DNA from: Heptranchias perlo
Taxonomy: Eukaryota
Direction of reading: 5' to 3'
Length of the DNA stretch: 64,000 nt
Assembly: GCF_035084215.1 (NCBI RefSeq)
Contig: NC_090359.1
Coordinates: 12,276,001-12,340,000 of the forward strand
The translations under genes were made by a program, and so were the position numbers. Below the pieces are notes generated by a model. The model did not search any database. It saw nothing but the letters and a program-made list of their open reading frames with translations, and was not told where the DNA came from. This document shows, piece by piece, positions 1-12,100 of this stretch (its first letter is position 1; every line of letters starts with the position of its first letter).

Positions 1-484
1 GGAAGCTCAGAGTGAAAGTGAGGAGGGGCCGTCTGACTGCAGTTTCCACTGGAAGAAAAATCACCTTCAGTGTGTACAGTGAGCAGAAATGAATTGCTCT
101 TGTTAAAAGTTCCCACGAACTCATTGTTATTCTACTTCAACAGAACGAGCCTGGATCTCCTGCTATGTTTAAACACTAAACTTCAGTGATTGGAGCTCAA
201 GTAAAATATTACTATGATTTGATTTAAATGGAGAAGTGGTTTCCACCTGCCAAAGAATGTTGTCTGAAGCGAGGGTGTTTACTGCTAACAGCTCCCATCC
301 TGTTTAATAGACCCCCTGAATGTCTGATTAACCAAAAAGAAAAACCCAGCTCAGTAAAGTTAAACATTCTCTTATTAATCTGAAGAACATTTTATGAACA
401 AATTTCAATATTTCAAAGTAAAGGGTGTCCCAGACATGGATTTGGCCCAATTCACTGTAAAGATATAAAAACAGCCAGTTTAGC

Positions 485-690
485 GACCAGGGGACATAAC
501 CTAAAAATTAGAATCAGGACTTTCAGGAGTGAAGTTAAGAGACACTTCTACACGCAAAGAGTGCGAGACGTTAGGAACACTCTTCCACAAAGAGCAGTTG
601 ATGCTCGCTCAATTGTTAAATCTATTATCACAGAATAAAATTTTGTTAACCAAAAGGTAAGTGATATGACTAAGGCAGGTATATGGAGTT
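485..690 (+). mobile_element. Old CR1 LINE 3' fragment, interrupted by a younger CR1; its 3'UTR resumes at about 2296-2370
   Basis: Degenerate CR1 C-terminus (RGHNLKI..HFYTQRV-like) followed, after the insert, by CR1-type 3'UTR (cagatcaaccatgatctcattgaatgg...aaatggcctaatcctgttcct). Confidence 0.7.
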
Positions 691-2290
691 ATAGAGTCAT
701 AGAGTTATACAGCACGGATAGAGGCCCTTCGGCCCATCGTGTCCGCGCCGGCCATCAAGCCCAGTCTAATCTAATCCCATATTCCAGCATTTGGTCCGTA
801 GCCTTGTATGCTATGGCATTTCAAGTGCTCATCCAAATGCTTCTTGAATGTTGTGAGGGTTCCTGCCTCCACAACCCTCTCAGGCAGTGAGTTCCAGACT
901 CCAACCACCCTCTGGGTGAAAAAGTTCTTTCTCAAATCCCCTCTAAACCTCCCGCCTTTTACCTTGAATCTATGCCCCCTTGTTATAAAACCCTCAACGA
1001 AGGGAAAAAGCTCCTTAGTATCCATCCTATCTATGCCCCTCATAATTTTGTACACCTCAATCATGTCCCCCCTCAGCCTCCTCTGCTCCAAGGAAAACAA
1101 ACCCAATCTTCCCAGTCTCTCTTCATAGCTGAAGCGCTCCAGCCCTGGTAACATCCTGGTGAATCTCCTCTGCACCCTCTCCAAATCGATCACATCCTTC
1201 CTGTAGTGCGGCGACCAGAACTGCACACAGTACTCCAGCTGTGGCCTGACCAGTGTTTTATACAGCTCCATCATAACCTCCTTGCTCGTATATTCTATGC
1301 CTCGGCTAATAAAGGCAAGTATCCCATATGCCTTCTTTACCACCTTATCTACCTGTTCTGCCGCCTTCAGGGATCTGTGAACTTGCACACCAAGATCCCT
1401 CTGACCCTCTGTCTTGCCTAGGGTCTTCCCATTCATTGTGTATTTCCTTGCCTTGTTAGTCCCTCCAAAGTGCATCACCTCGCACTTTTCCGGGTTAAAT
1501 TCCATTTGCCACTGTTCCGCCCATCTGACCAACCCATCGATATCGTCCTAAGACTGAGGCTATCCTCCTCGCTATTTACCACCCTACCAATTTTTGTATC
1601 ATCAGCGAACTTACTGATCATACCTTTTACATTCATATCCATGTCGTTAATGTAGACCACAAACAGCAAGGGCCCCAGCACAGATCCCTGTGGTACCCCA
1701 CTGGCCACAGGCTTCCAGTCACAAAAACAACCTTCGACCATCACCCTCTGCCTTCTGCCACTAAGCCAGTTTTGTATCCAAAGTGCCAAGGCACCCTGGA
1801 TTCCATGGGCTCGTACCTTCTTGACCAGTCTCCTGTGGGGGACTTTATCGAAGGCCTTACTGAAATCCATGTATACCACATCCACTGCGTTACCCACATC
1901 CAGACGCCTAGTCACCCCCTCAAAAAATTCAATCAAATTAGTCAGACATGATCTTCCCTTGACAAAGCCATGTTGACTATCCCTGATTAATCCTTGCTTC
2001 TCCAAGTGGAGACTAATTTTGTCCTTCAGAATTTTTTCCAATAAGGCTCACTGGCCTGTAGTTCCCCGGTTTTTCCCTACTCCCCTTCTTGAATAATAGT
2101 ACTACATTAGCGGTTCTCCAGTCCTCTGGCACATCCCCTGTGGCCAGAGAGGTTCTGAGTATATGTGTTAGAGCCCCCGCAATCTCCTCCTTTGCCTCAC
2201 ACAGTAGCCTGGGATACATTTCGTCCGGGCCTGGGGATTTATTCATTTTTAGGCCTGCTAAAACCGCCAATACCTCCTCCCGCTCGATGT
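691..2290 (-). mobile_element. 5'-truncated CR1 LINE (frameshifted RT and C-terminus)
   Basis: ORFs 2013-2270, 1475-2041 and 771-1532 give KSPGPD, QHGF, DFSKAFD, PQGSVLGP, FADD and LEYCVQFW motifs; (ATAGAGTC)-type 3' microsatellite at about 691-706. Confidence 0.93.
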
Positions 2291-3150
2291 TATGTCACAG
2301 ATCAACCATGATCTCATTGAATGGTGGACCAGGCTCAAGGGGCGAAATGGCCTAATCCTGTTCCTGTGACCACCCCTCAAATACAGTGAACGATAAATAA
2401 TGTAATCTGAAAATAGGACTAACTACATACAATAAAATCCTGAGGGCCTGTCGTGAGGGGAAGCTGAAGATATCGAAACTTCAGCCTGTGCTCACAAGAA
2501 GACAGGTGAAATTCACATCCAACAGAGTTAAAACACAACCGCTGGGCTCCCCATCCCTCACACTCTCACTGTGCCTGTAACTAATGGGCACAACATTGCC
2601 TCCCGTGTATATATTTACACTGAGCATTTGAAATCTACCCGGAGTCCCAGCCCCACTAAACAAGAATCTTTACACCAGGGGCAGAGATCTTCAATCTTGG
2701 AAGAGAGTTCCAAGGCCACTGACTTTCAATTGTATTGGTGTTTGGACAATTAGATCCGAACGGGAAAGTTTAACTGGAGTTTGGAGCCCGTGTGGGGATT
2801 CGAGTGATCAATGACTGCAGAGCACCAAGGGAAAGATTGGGCAGTCAACCAGCCGGCACCAGTACCTCAGGCCAGTCCCACTGTCCCTTTAAAGTTCATT
2901 GACCTGCACAATGAGGGCCTGGCAAGCCTTCACCCATTGCTGCAGCCATCCCTGGACTGGGTCTGGATACACTATTACCAACCATTCTGCAACTACTTAC
3001 ATGGACTCATTAAAACCTATTTCACTAACAGGAGGAACTGTGGAGGAGTGCAGAGTGTTCCGAACAGTATTGAGCACTCATTGCATGCTGATTGGAGGCA
3101 GATAATGAAAAATGAGCAACCAGCCATTAGAAGATACAAGTAGTCACTGA

Positions 3151-3156
3151 TTTATT
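3151..3156 (-). terminator. AATAAA polyadenylation signal of ZP3 copy 1
   Basis: tttatt on + strand, 14 nt past the TAG stop. Confidence 0.7.
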
Positions 3157-3169
3157 GGTCATTTGATAA

Positions 3170-6013
3170 CTAGTTGAACTGGGTTTGCTTGTGTTTCCTG
3201 TGCAGAAACAAGGCGATCAAAGAAGCAGAGATCAGAGATACAGCAGTCACAGTCAGGGCCAGGATCAGGACCACCTCAGACTCCACACCTAAAAAGGAAC
3301 AAGAAACCAGTGGTCAGTGAGGGAAGGAAATACTGAGGGGAAAATGGAAACTAGCAGTCGGCCAACTCACCACCCGGAGACCTCTCCTGCATCCTTTGCT
3401 GAACCTCATTAAGGGGCTCAGTTGCCACGTCTGTCACATAAGGATCCAGAATGACCAGGGGTCCAAGTGAGGCCTCACCCTCCCACTTCAATTCAGCATC
3501 ACTCTCTGCAATATCAAACATTCCAGTTAGAGAGGGTAAAGGGTGACCTCCAACAATCAAGAGGATCAATGTCCTACCAGGTCCAGATACAAGATCCCTC
3601 CTTCCTCTGGAATCAAGTCGGAATTCCCTCGTGGCACTGCAGTTACCCAGATGACAACAGGCACACACGTCATTGGTCGATTCTTCCAATGGGGTCCAGC
3701 TAAACCAGAGAATCTGTTTATCAACCAGGTTGTCCATCACCCTTTAATCAACACATCCCTGAGCGAGAGAGGGAACTTACATATTCTGGAAAGTACAAGC
3801 TTTGTTCATGGAATCTCTCCGATCCACTGCAGCAACTTTCAGGTGACAGGTGATGAAAATCTGAGGGACACATTCAATACAAGTTGTTATTTAGTGACCT
3901 CCTCCCAACATGGGGAACCCAATGTTTGGCTTCTTCTTACCAAGGAACGGTCATCTCCAAAGAAGCGGAACGCATCCAGGTCAAACTGGAGTTCGTCCAG
4001 CTCACGTTCACCTCTTGGCAACACAAAGGTTGAAAAGGAGTCCTCAGCTTTGCTGTCCAGGAGGCAACTGAAGAAAGATTAAAAAAGGGACAAAGTGAAT
4101 TTAGTGAACCCATTGAGACATAACCAGCTGGAGAAAGCAGAGAGCTCCTTACCCATGGTAGTCAATGATGTTGTATCTTGGGGTGGAATCCTTGTCTGGG
4201 CTCAATGTAGCTGCACAGCTGTCAATGTAGAGCTTCAAGGGCATGTGGTTGGTCATTGAAACAGAGGCCTCAATGTGAATGAGGTCACCCAGGTAGTAGA
4301 CAGTCGAGGTGCGCTCTGTCAGCCAGTCATCTGAAGTACAAGAGGACAAGGGTTGGAGACAGTGGGTGAAACTCCTAGTGGGAGACCACAGAAAAGCACT
4401 CCCCATCCACCCACCACATACCGTTCATAAGACGCAGTGAGAATGACAGAAGCCCTTCTCCAGACTTGGTCGAGCTGAATGGGATCCAGGTGGGCTTGAT
4501 AGGGTCACTGCTCACATTGCCCTTCCTGAAAGGACAGTACAGTAATTTCAGGACAACTTCACAGAACTGCACCTGCTGTAGACCTTATTTGCAATAGAGT
4601 AAAGATTCTTACCTAAAATAGTGGCACTCAATGGGAATGACTGCTCCATTAGTTCTCACAATGACAGATCCACGAGCATTTGGGGTGTGGTTCAGGTGGG
4701 TGGTGTAGACCAGGAAATCTCCAGCCATCTGAAATACATCAGGTTAAGGAATGAAGAGCTGGTCTCATTGAACAAAAGCTATTTCTGGTCATTTTCCTGC
4801 CCTGTTACGCAGCAGTTTGAGGGGTTTCAGCTGCTCCTCAATCACACATGATTGAAGCAGCTCCACCATTGGTGGAAGTTGCCATTGAGCAGCCTCTGTT
4901 GCTCTGCTCAGTCCACCTTCTATTACAGGGGACTTCAGGCCTGCAGTCAGAAACCCTGAAATGATTGGCACAGCCAGATTTGATGAGCATTCTTTCCCAT
5001 ACAGAATAGAGCTTTCACCTTAAGGGGCTCAAGTTACCCCTGATATGGAGCACAAAACACATCACTTTGAAACCTCATCTGTGCCCATGGAATCAAGGGG
5101 ATTGGCAGGTGTAATAACCAAAAGTGGAGTTCCCCTTTAATACACTGTATCCCAATTATTTCATCTTTCAAGAGAAGTCTCAACAGGAACTTCCACACTG
5201 AACATTCATTGACCACAAGTTGAGGCAACAGGCCAGAATATCCACAGGAAGGAACAGAAAAGATAAATCAATTGAGGCACAAAAGAATAGAGTGGTTTGG
5301 AGAAATGTAGGTGAAGGTTCAAGTTCAATAGAATTGAATCTCTGAGTTAGAGAGTCGTAATGACCCATTTAAGAAAGATGCAGTCCCTCAGTGACAAGTT
5401 GAAGTTCTTTTTAAATATAAAGCTAAGATTGACATGTCAACATAAAGAAGTAGTTTCACACAGGGTGATATTTAACAGTGGGCAAGAATTTATACACAGA
5501 TTTCATTCAGGGATCTCCTCAGTGGCTGGAGTTTCCCCCGATGTTAATGAGTTCAGAGTGGGCAGTAATCGACACAGTGAAATTGGAGCAAGAGTTGAGG
5601 AATCACATTACCTGCAATCTGCTGCCACATTCATGGAGCCCATAGTCAAAGAGGACAGTGTGGTTCTGAGAGTAGATCCCAGTTGGCCGACAACCTGCTG
5701 TCCCCAGGGTCAGGTCAGCAGCTTTAATTAGGTGCCTGGTTCTAAATAAATCCATGTCTACCCTCACCAGCAGGTTCTGCTCTCCACACTGCACCATCAC
5801 AGTCTGCAGTGGAGACAGACTTCTCCCCTCAGACACACTGAAATGGGAACCAAAGGGAGGGACAGGGAGAGGGACTCTCTGGGGCACAGGGGTGGGTTTT
5901 ACTCTTCTCCATGGAAATCTCTGGCCTCTAAACTGTTGCCAAATATCAGAGCAACAAACTACTCCAACTAACACCAGCACTGAGAACAAACCTCTCACTA
6001 CAAAACCCCCCAT
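3170..6013 (-). CDS. zp3: Zona pellucida sperm-binding protein 3-like, 9 exons: 6013-5612, 4728-4613, 4525-4422, 4330-4153, 4067-3941, 3860-3781, 3699-3578, 3505-3371, 3288-3170 (460 aa)
   Basis: All introns GT-AG; exon lengths sum to 1383 nt in frame; signal peptide, ZP-N (VQCGE..LHECGS), ZP-C ([40 protein letters not shown]), ZP3 Cys cluster (CACCHLGNC), furin site RGRR, C-terminal TM helix. Confidence 0.93.
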
Positions 6014-6057
6014 GATACCAAAGAACTCAACTATCATTTTACCCACCAACCAACACC

Positions 6058-6087
6058 TTTTATACACTGCAGTCACCTGACTCCAAT
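6058..6087 (-). promoter_or_regulatory. ZP3 copy 1 core promoter: TATAAAA (6064-6058), E-box CACCTG (6074-6079), CCAAT (6083-6087)
   Basis: Same three motifs in the same order upstream of ZP3 copy 2; E-boxes in vertebrate ZP promoters are FIGLA targets (established), binding here is inferred. Confidence 0.7.
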
Positions 6088-7071
6088 TCAATGAGTCGCT
6101 GTTGTGATGCGATTGGATGTCTTTCAGAAAAAATACTCAATGTCTTTAGAATCCTTTTTTTTTCCAATCACTTCCACTGTCCTATTTCTCAAGTTTCTTT
6201 GGAAAAAAAAAGGATTGACCCGCGGTCTGGACTCAACATCAGTGACGGTGCGAACTGCGGGCTGTTAACTGGCAGTAATTGTCTGTCCCAATCAGCCTGA
6301 AGCAGAGTCCGTGGCCCACGGACTCTGACAACATCCACACGTCTCCCACGGAGAGAGGCCTGTGAGGAGAGTGCTGGGGCCGGTCGGTATTGGCGAGCCA
6401 CTTGCCGGCCAATCGAGTGTGGCCCTGCGGAAGTGCTGCAAGCAGGTGCAGAGCACAGAGGAGAGGAGAGCCATCGAGAGGGAAGGAGGGAGAAAGAGGG
6501 AAGGAGGCGAAAAACATCAGGCAGCTGCGAGGGGTGTGCTGCTGCTGTCAGCCTGAAACAGCAGGAAGAGGAGGTCGACGGCGATCGGGGTGGCCGACTG
6601 AAGGTAGGGGGGAGGCAAGAAGATCCTTTTCCAACAGGGGATTCCACCCCCAAGTGTCTGGCCCGTGACAGCTGGAGCTGCCTGGGTGAAGAAACTTTTG
6701 CCATCTGTGGAGGACTGAGCCTAGGCAGCTCCGGCTGTCTGGGAGAAGACATCTCCTCCCCCTGCCCACCGGAAGACTCCACGTTATCGGCCACCCGTGT
6801 ACGTGTACGTTCCTTCCCTCCAGAGACATTTCTGCAGCGGCCCGCCCCTGCAGACTCCCTCCTTCCTCTTTAAGGAACATCCCTCCCTCTCTCTCTTGTG
6901 GTTTCCGCATTTAAAAACAAAAAGGAAAAACGCCCCAGAAAAGGAGCCCCTCTCCCAATAGATCAGTACCATTTTGGGGAGAGGAGGTTTCCTTGGGCTT
7001 TTGGTCCAACAAAAAAAAAGGGAAAATACCTGGAAGACCTAAGATTTGGGGTGGGCGTGGCGTACAAGAGA

Positions 7072-9129
7072 ATGGCAACACCATCTTCGCCAGTGCCGGG
7101 ACCCAGCAGGACGTATGCGGGCGTTACTGCGGCTGCTGCTCCCGCTGCTCGTGCTACTCCTGCTGGCCCGGCGCCATTCCGCCTCGTGACGAGGAAGCAC
7201 GGGGTCAAGGCCTATGCCCACCCCGGCATGACGATTGAGGCCTGCGTGAAGGCCATGGCCGAGGTTGTCGGCCCCTCTGCCATCGTCGCGGCCTCGAAAG
7301 TGTACGGGAAGGTTGTAGTCTTCCTGAGGTCCGAGCGGACGGTGTCCCTGGCCCTTAGCAAGGGGCTCACGGTGGGCGGGACTTTCCTGCCGGTGGACCC
7401 GCTGGAGGCCACCGCGCAGCGGGTGGTGCTGTCAAACGTCCCGCCCTTTCTGCCGGATGAGCTCCTCCTCCCTCACCTGCGTCAACTGGGGGAGGTGAGG
7501 TCGGGGGTAACGCCGCTGTCGCTCGGGCTCAGGGAGACCAGCCTCCATCATGTCTACTCATTCCGTCGCCAGGCCTTTATCAAGCTGGCGTGGGAGGAGG
7601 TTACGGAGGGGGGCTTTAACGCCCTCCATGAGGGGACCGCCTACCGCGTCTTCTGGACGGCAGAGGGTGGGCGGTGCCATGCCTGTAAGGAGGTGGGGCA
7701 CCTGAGGAAGAACTGCCCCGCCTCCCAGGCCGCCAAAGCAGCTCCGGCGGCCGAGGCTGGCGCCGCCACCGCTCCTCCCCCCAAACCCGCCCCCGCGTCG
7801 GGAGAGTCCACTGCGTGGGCGGAGGGTGCCGACGAGGCCTCCGTCGGGGGAGAGGGAGGGAACCCTCGCCCGAAGAAGGCGCGGAAGAAGAGTAGACATC
7901 GGGAGGCTGGTCCCCGGGTTGGAAATCCTTCCAGCCAGCCCGAGGCCGTGGTCGTGACCGCGGCCAAACGACAACTCGCGGTCGCGGCAGAGCCCGGGCT
8001 GGCGGGTATTCAGGAGGGAGCGGAGGGGGGGGCCCCAGCAGACATGGGGCTCGCCCTCCCTCCGCCACCCTCCGGAAAGCAGAAAAGGCGCCGCTCCCTG
8101 GAAGCGGAGGGGAACCCTGCTAAGGGACGGCCCCCCGCGGAAAGGGAGTCGGCGTCGGCGGCGGATCCTGCGACCCCACCCTCCGTTTCCCACCGCCAGC
8201 GGGGGTCATCCACCTCTCGGGGGGAGGAGATCGTGCCCGTGCCTCCCGGGGGGGGGGGGGATGGAGAGACCCTGCCAAAAGGGGGGGGTTGCGGATTCGT
8301 GCACCGATGCGAGCATCCCGTTCACCGGGTCGGGGGTCCTGGGTGCCGGGGCCGAAGGGGCCGGATTCGTCTGCCCTCGGCTGGACCTCTCCCAGGACCT
8401 GCTCGACCTGATGGCGGGATTTAATAGGAACTTATCACCGGCCGGGTCGGTCGGTGGCGACGTGGGTGGGGAGACCCCCTCCTCCCAGTCTCTGGGCATG
8501 GAGCCGGGGGAGGTGGGAGAACTGGAGTACACGTTCTCCCCGGTTTCCCCGGGTTCCCCTTATATCCGGGTGGCAGTTTCCCACCGCTCGGAGGCTGGGA
8601 AGGGACCTCGCCCAGAGCCGCCCTCTGACCCGGACACCCAGGTAGAGCCCGGGGAGGACTCCTCTGCCGACGATCCTGGGGGTGGGATCGTGACAGAGGT
8701 GGGGCCGGCCGGCGCGGCCGTCCCGTTCTCCGCACCCTGTGCGGGGAGTGGGTCGGCCGCGGGCGACGATGATCCGGAGGAGGACGGGGACTCGGTGGAG
8801 GGCACTGGGGAGGATTTGGAGTTCGCCGCCAGTGAGGTGGTGGACACCCTCGTGCCCGGCACCGAGTCTCCCCTCATCCCCGTTGAGGAACTCCGGGATT
8901 TTGTGTCCGGTTGGACCCATCGTTGCGATGGCGTCCGGCTGGCCCTCGAACGTTGGTCGGAGCCGGCGCAATTAATCTGCTCGGTCCGGGCCGCTGTCGC
9001 GTCCGTGACCGCGGAAGAGGACGGCGGCAGGGTCGGGCTGCGCCGGCTCAGATCCCTCCTCACCGGGCTCTTGGGGGGGGGGGGGAGAAAAGGAGGTCGA
9101 CTAGCGGCCCCACTCCCTCCGCGCGTTAG
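7072..9129 (+). pseudogene. Tx1 copy A ORF1 (Gag-like, zinc knuckle CHACKEVGHLRKNC), two frameshifts at G runs
   Basis: Collinear with the intact 680-aa ORF1 at 28856-30898; frame changes at G8 8281-8288 and around G13 9073-9085. Confidence 0.85.
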
Positions 9130-9158
9130 CTTTAAGTTGGTTGCGCTGTGCTCTCGTC

Positions 9159-12100
9159 ATGGAGATAACCATAGCCAGCCTCAACATCAACGGCGGCAGA
9201 GACGCCCGCCGTAGATTTGACAAGTTCTCGGTCCTGCGGGACGGGAAGTATGCGGTGTGCTTTCTGCAGGAAACCCACACCGTTCCGGGAGACGAGGCCA
9301 CGTGGATCCTGGAATGGGGAGGGGGGGTCTACTTGAGTCACCTCGCCAGCGTTTCGAGCGGGGTGGCCATCTTGTTGGCCCCGACTTTTCAGCCGGAGAT
9401 CTTGGGGGTCAAGGAGCCGGTGCCGGGCCGCTTGCTCCACATAGCCCTTCGCCACGGGGACGTGCCGCTTCACCTGGTGAACGTGTACGCCCCCTGGTCC
9501 GGAGCCGAGCAAGTGAGCTTCTTTGAGGAAGTGTCCACTTACCTGAACTCCGTCGACGCCGGCGAGTGCATTATCCTCGGGGGGGATTTTAACCGCACCC
9601 TCGAGGCGAGGGACCGCTCCGGTCCCGCGCGTGCCCGAACGGCGACGGAGAAGTTGAGGGACCTGGTCGGGTCCTTCGACTTGGTGGACGTCTGGCGGAA
9701 TCTCCATCCCGACTCCGGCCAGTTCACCTTTGTGAGGGCCGGAGGGGGGAGCACCAGAATCGACCGCCTGTACGTTTCGCGGGCGTACGCCTCGTGCGTC
9801 CCGTCGGCCTCCATCCGGCCGGTGTCGTGCTCGGACCACCACCTGGTGTGGATGGAGCTCGCTCTGCTCCGCGCCCGGTCGGGGTCCGCGTACTGGCACT
9901 TTAACAACCGGCTGCTGGAGGACGCGCGGTTCCGGGACTCGTTCCGTCTGTTCTGGAGCGACTGGAGAGGGAAGCGGGGAGGCTTCTCCTCCTTGAGGCT
10001 ATGGTGGGACGTGGGCAAGGCTCACGTCCGCCTCTTCTGTCAAGAGTACGCGAGGGGGTCGACTAAGAGGCGGGAGTCCGAGGTCAGGCGGTTGGAGCAG
10101 GAGGTGCTTGGCCTGGAGTCCCGTCTCGGTCAGGCCGCCGAGGATCCGGCCCTGCGGCAGGTGTACGAGGAGAGGAAGGACGCTCTGAGGGACCTGCAAC
10201 TGGTCGGGTCCCGAGGAGCGTACGTGAGGTCGCGGCTCCAGCTCCTGCGGGACCTGGACCGCGGCTCTCCCTTCTACTCGCTGGAAAAGCGGCGGGGGGC
10301 TCGTAAGCAGCTCCTTACGCTGCTGGCCGACGACGGGTCCCTCGTCTCGGACCCGGAGGGAGTCAGGGCCCGTGCTCGATCTTACTACGAGGCTCTGTTC
10401 TCTCCGGATCCGTCCAGCGAGGAGGCGCGCAGAGTTTTGTGGGAGGACCTGCCGAAGGTCGGCCCGGAGGACGCCGAGCGTCTGGACGCTCCGCTCAGTT
10501 TGGCGGAGCTGACCGGCGCCCTCCACCAGCTCTCTAGGGGCAAGTCCCCGGGGCTGGACGGGCTGACCGTGGAGTTCCTCAGGGCCTTCTGGGACGTCCT
10601 GGGGGGCGACTACGCGCGGGTCCTGGGGGAATGTCTGGCGACCGGGGAGATGCCCCTTTCGTGGCGCAGGGCGGTCGTGGTCCTGCTGCCTAAGAAGGGG
10701 GATCTCCGCAACCTTAAAAACTGGCGCCCGGTCTCCCTCCTCAGCACGGATTATAAGGTCTTTGCCAAGGCGATGTCTGCTCGCCTGGGCACCGTGCTGG
10801 CCCACATGATCCACCCCGACCAGTCCTACACGGTCCCGGGCCGGAAGATCCACGATAACATCCACCTGGTCCGGGACCTGATCCACCATTCCCAGAGGGC
10901 TGGTCTGTCGGTCGCCTTCCTTTCCTTAGATCAGGGGAAGGCGTTCGACAGGGTGGATCACGAGTATCTATTCGGGACTCTGCGCGCTTTCGGGTTCGGG
11001 TCGCATTTCGTCGCCCGGATCCGACTTCTGTACGCCGCCGCGGAGTGTCTGATTAAGGTTAACGGATCCTTGACGGCGCCCCTTCGCTTCGGGAGAGGAG
11101 TGCGTCAGGGGTGCCCCATGTCCGGCCAATTATACGCCGTCTGCGTAGAGCCTTTCCTGCGCCTCTTGCGCAAGAGGTTGTCGGGACTGGCTCTGCGCGA
11201 GCCGGACGTGGAGGTCGTCCTTTCGGCTTACGCCGACGACGTGCTCCTCGTGGTCACGGATCCCCTTGACTTGCGGAGGATGCGCGAGTGCCAAGAGGTC
11301 TACTCTGCGGCGTCTTCCGCAAGGATCAACTGGGAGAAATGTTCCGGACTCCTGGTGGGTCAGTGGCGGGTGGACTCCCTGCCGGAGGAGCTCAGGCCTT
11401 TCGCCTGGAGTACCACGCACCTCCGGTACCTGGGAGTCTACCTCGGCCCTGCCGAGGAAGCCTGGCCGGCGAACTGGGAAGAGCTGGAGGCCAAAGTCGC
11501 CGCTCGCCTGGCGCGCTGGACAGGACTGCTCCGAGTGTTATCCTACAGGGGTCGTGTGCTGGTCATAAACCAGCTGGTGGCCGCCATGTTGTGGTACCGG
11601 TTGGTCACTTTGACCCCACCCCCCGAGTTTGTCGCCAACATTCAGAGGAAGTTCGTCGACTTCTTCTGGGCCAGAGGGATGCACTGGGTCGCTGCCGCGG
11701 TCCTGAGTCTCCCGCTTAGGGAGGGCGGTCAGGGGCTGGTGTGCGTCCGCACCCAGGTGGCAACTTTCCGCCTTCGGACGCTGCGGCGATACCTGTACGT
11801 TGAGCGTCCTCTTAGATGGCGTGCGCTGGCGACGTATTTTTTCCGCCAGCTGCACGGCCTGAACGACGACACGCAGCTCCTGTTCATCTCGCTGGTGGGC
11901 GGCCGCATGTCTTTGCAGGAGCTGCCTGTCTTTTACCAGGATCTGCTCAGGGTCTGGAACATGGTCGCCTCCGGTCGGAGCTCATGCCCGTCAGGGGTAG
12001 CGGCCGTCCTGCAGGAGCCGCTGCTCGGGAATCCGTTCCTCCGCGATATCGGCTTCGGCCACTCGCGGCTGTCGGTGCGGAGGGCCGTGGCCGGTCGGGT

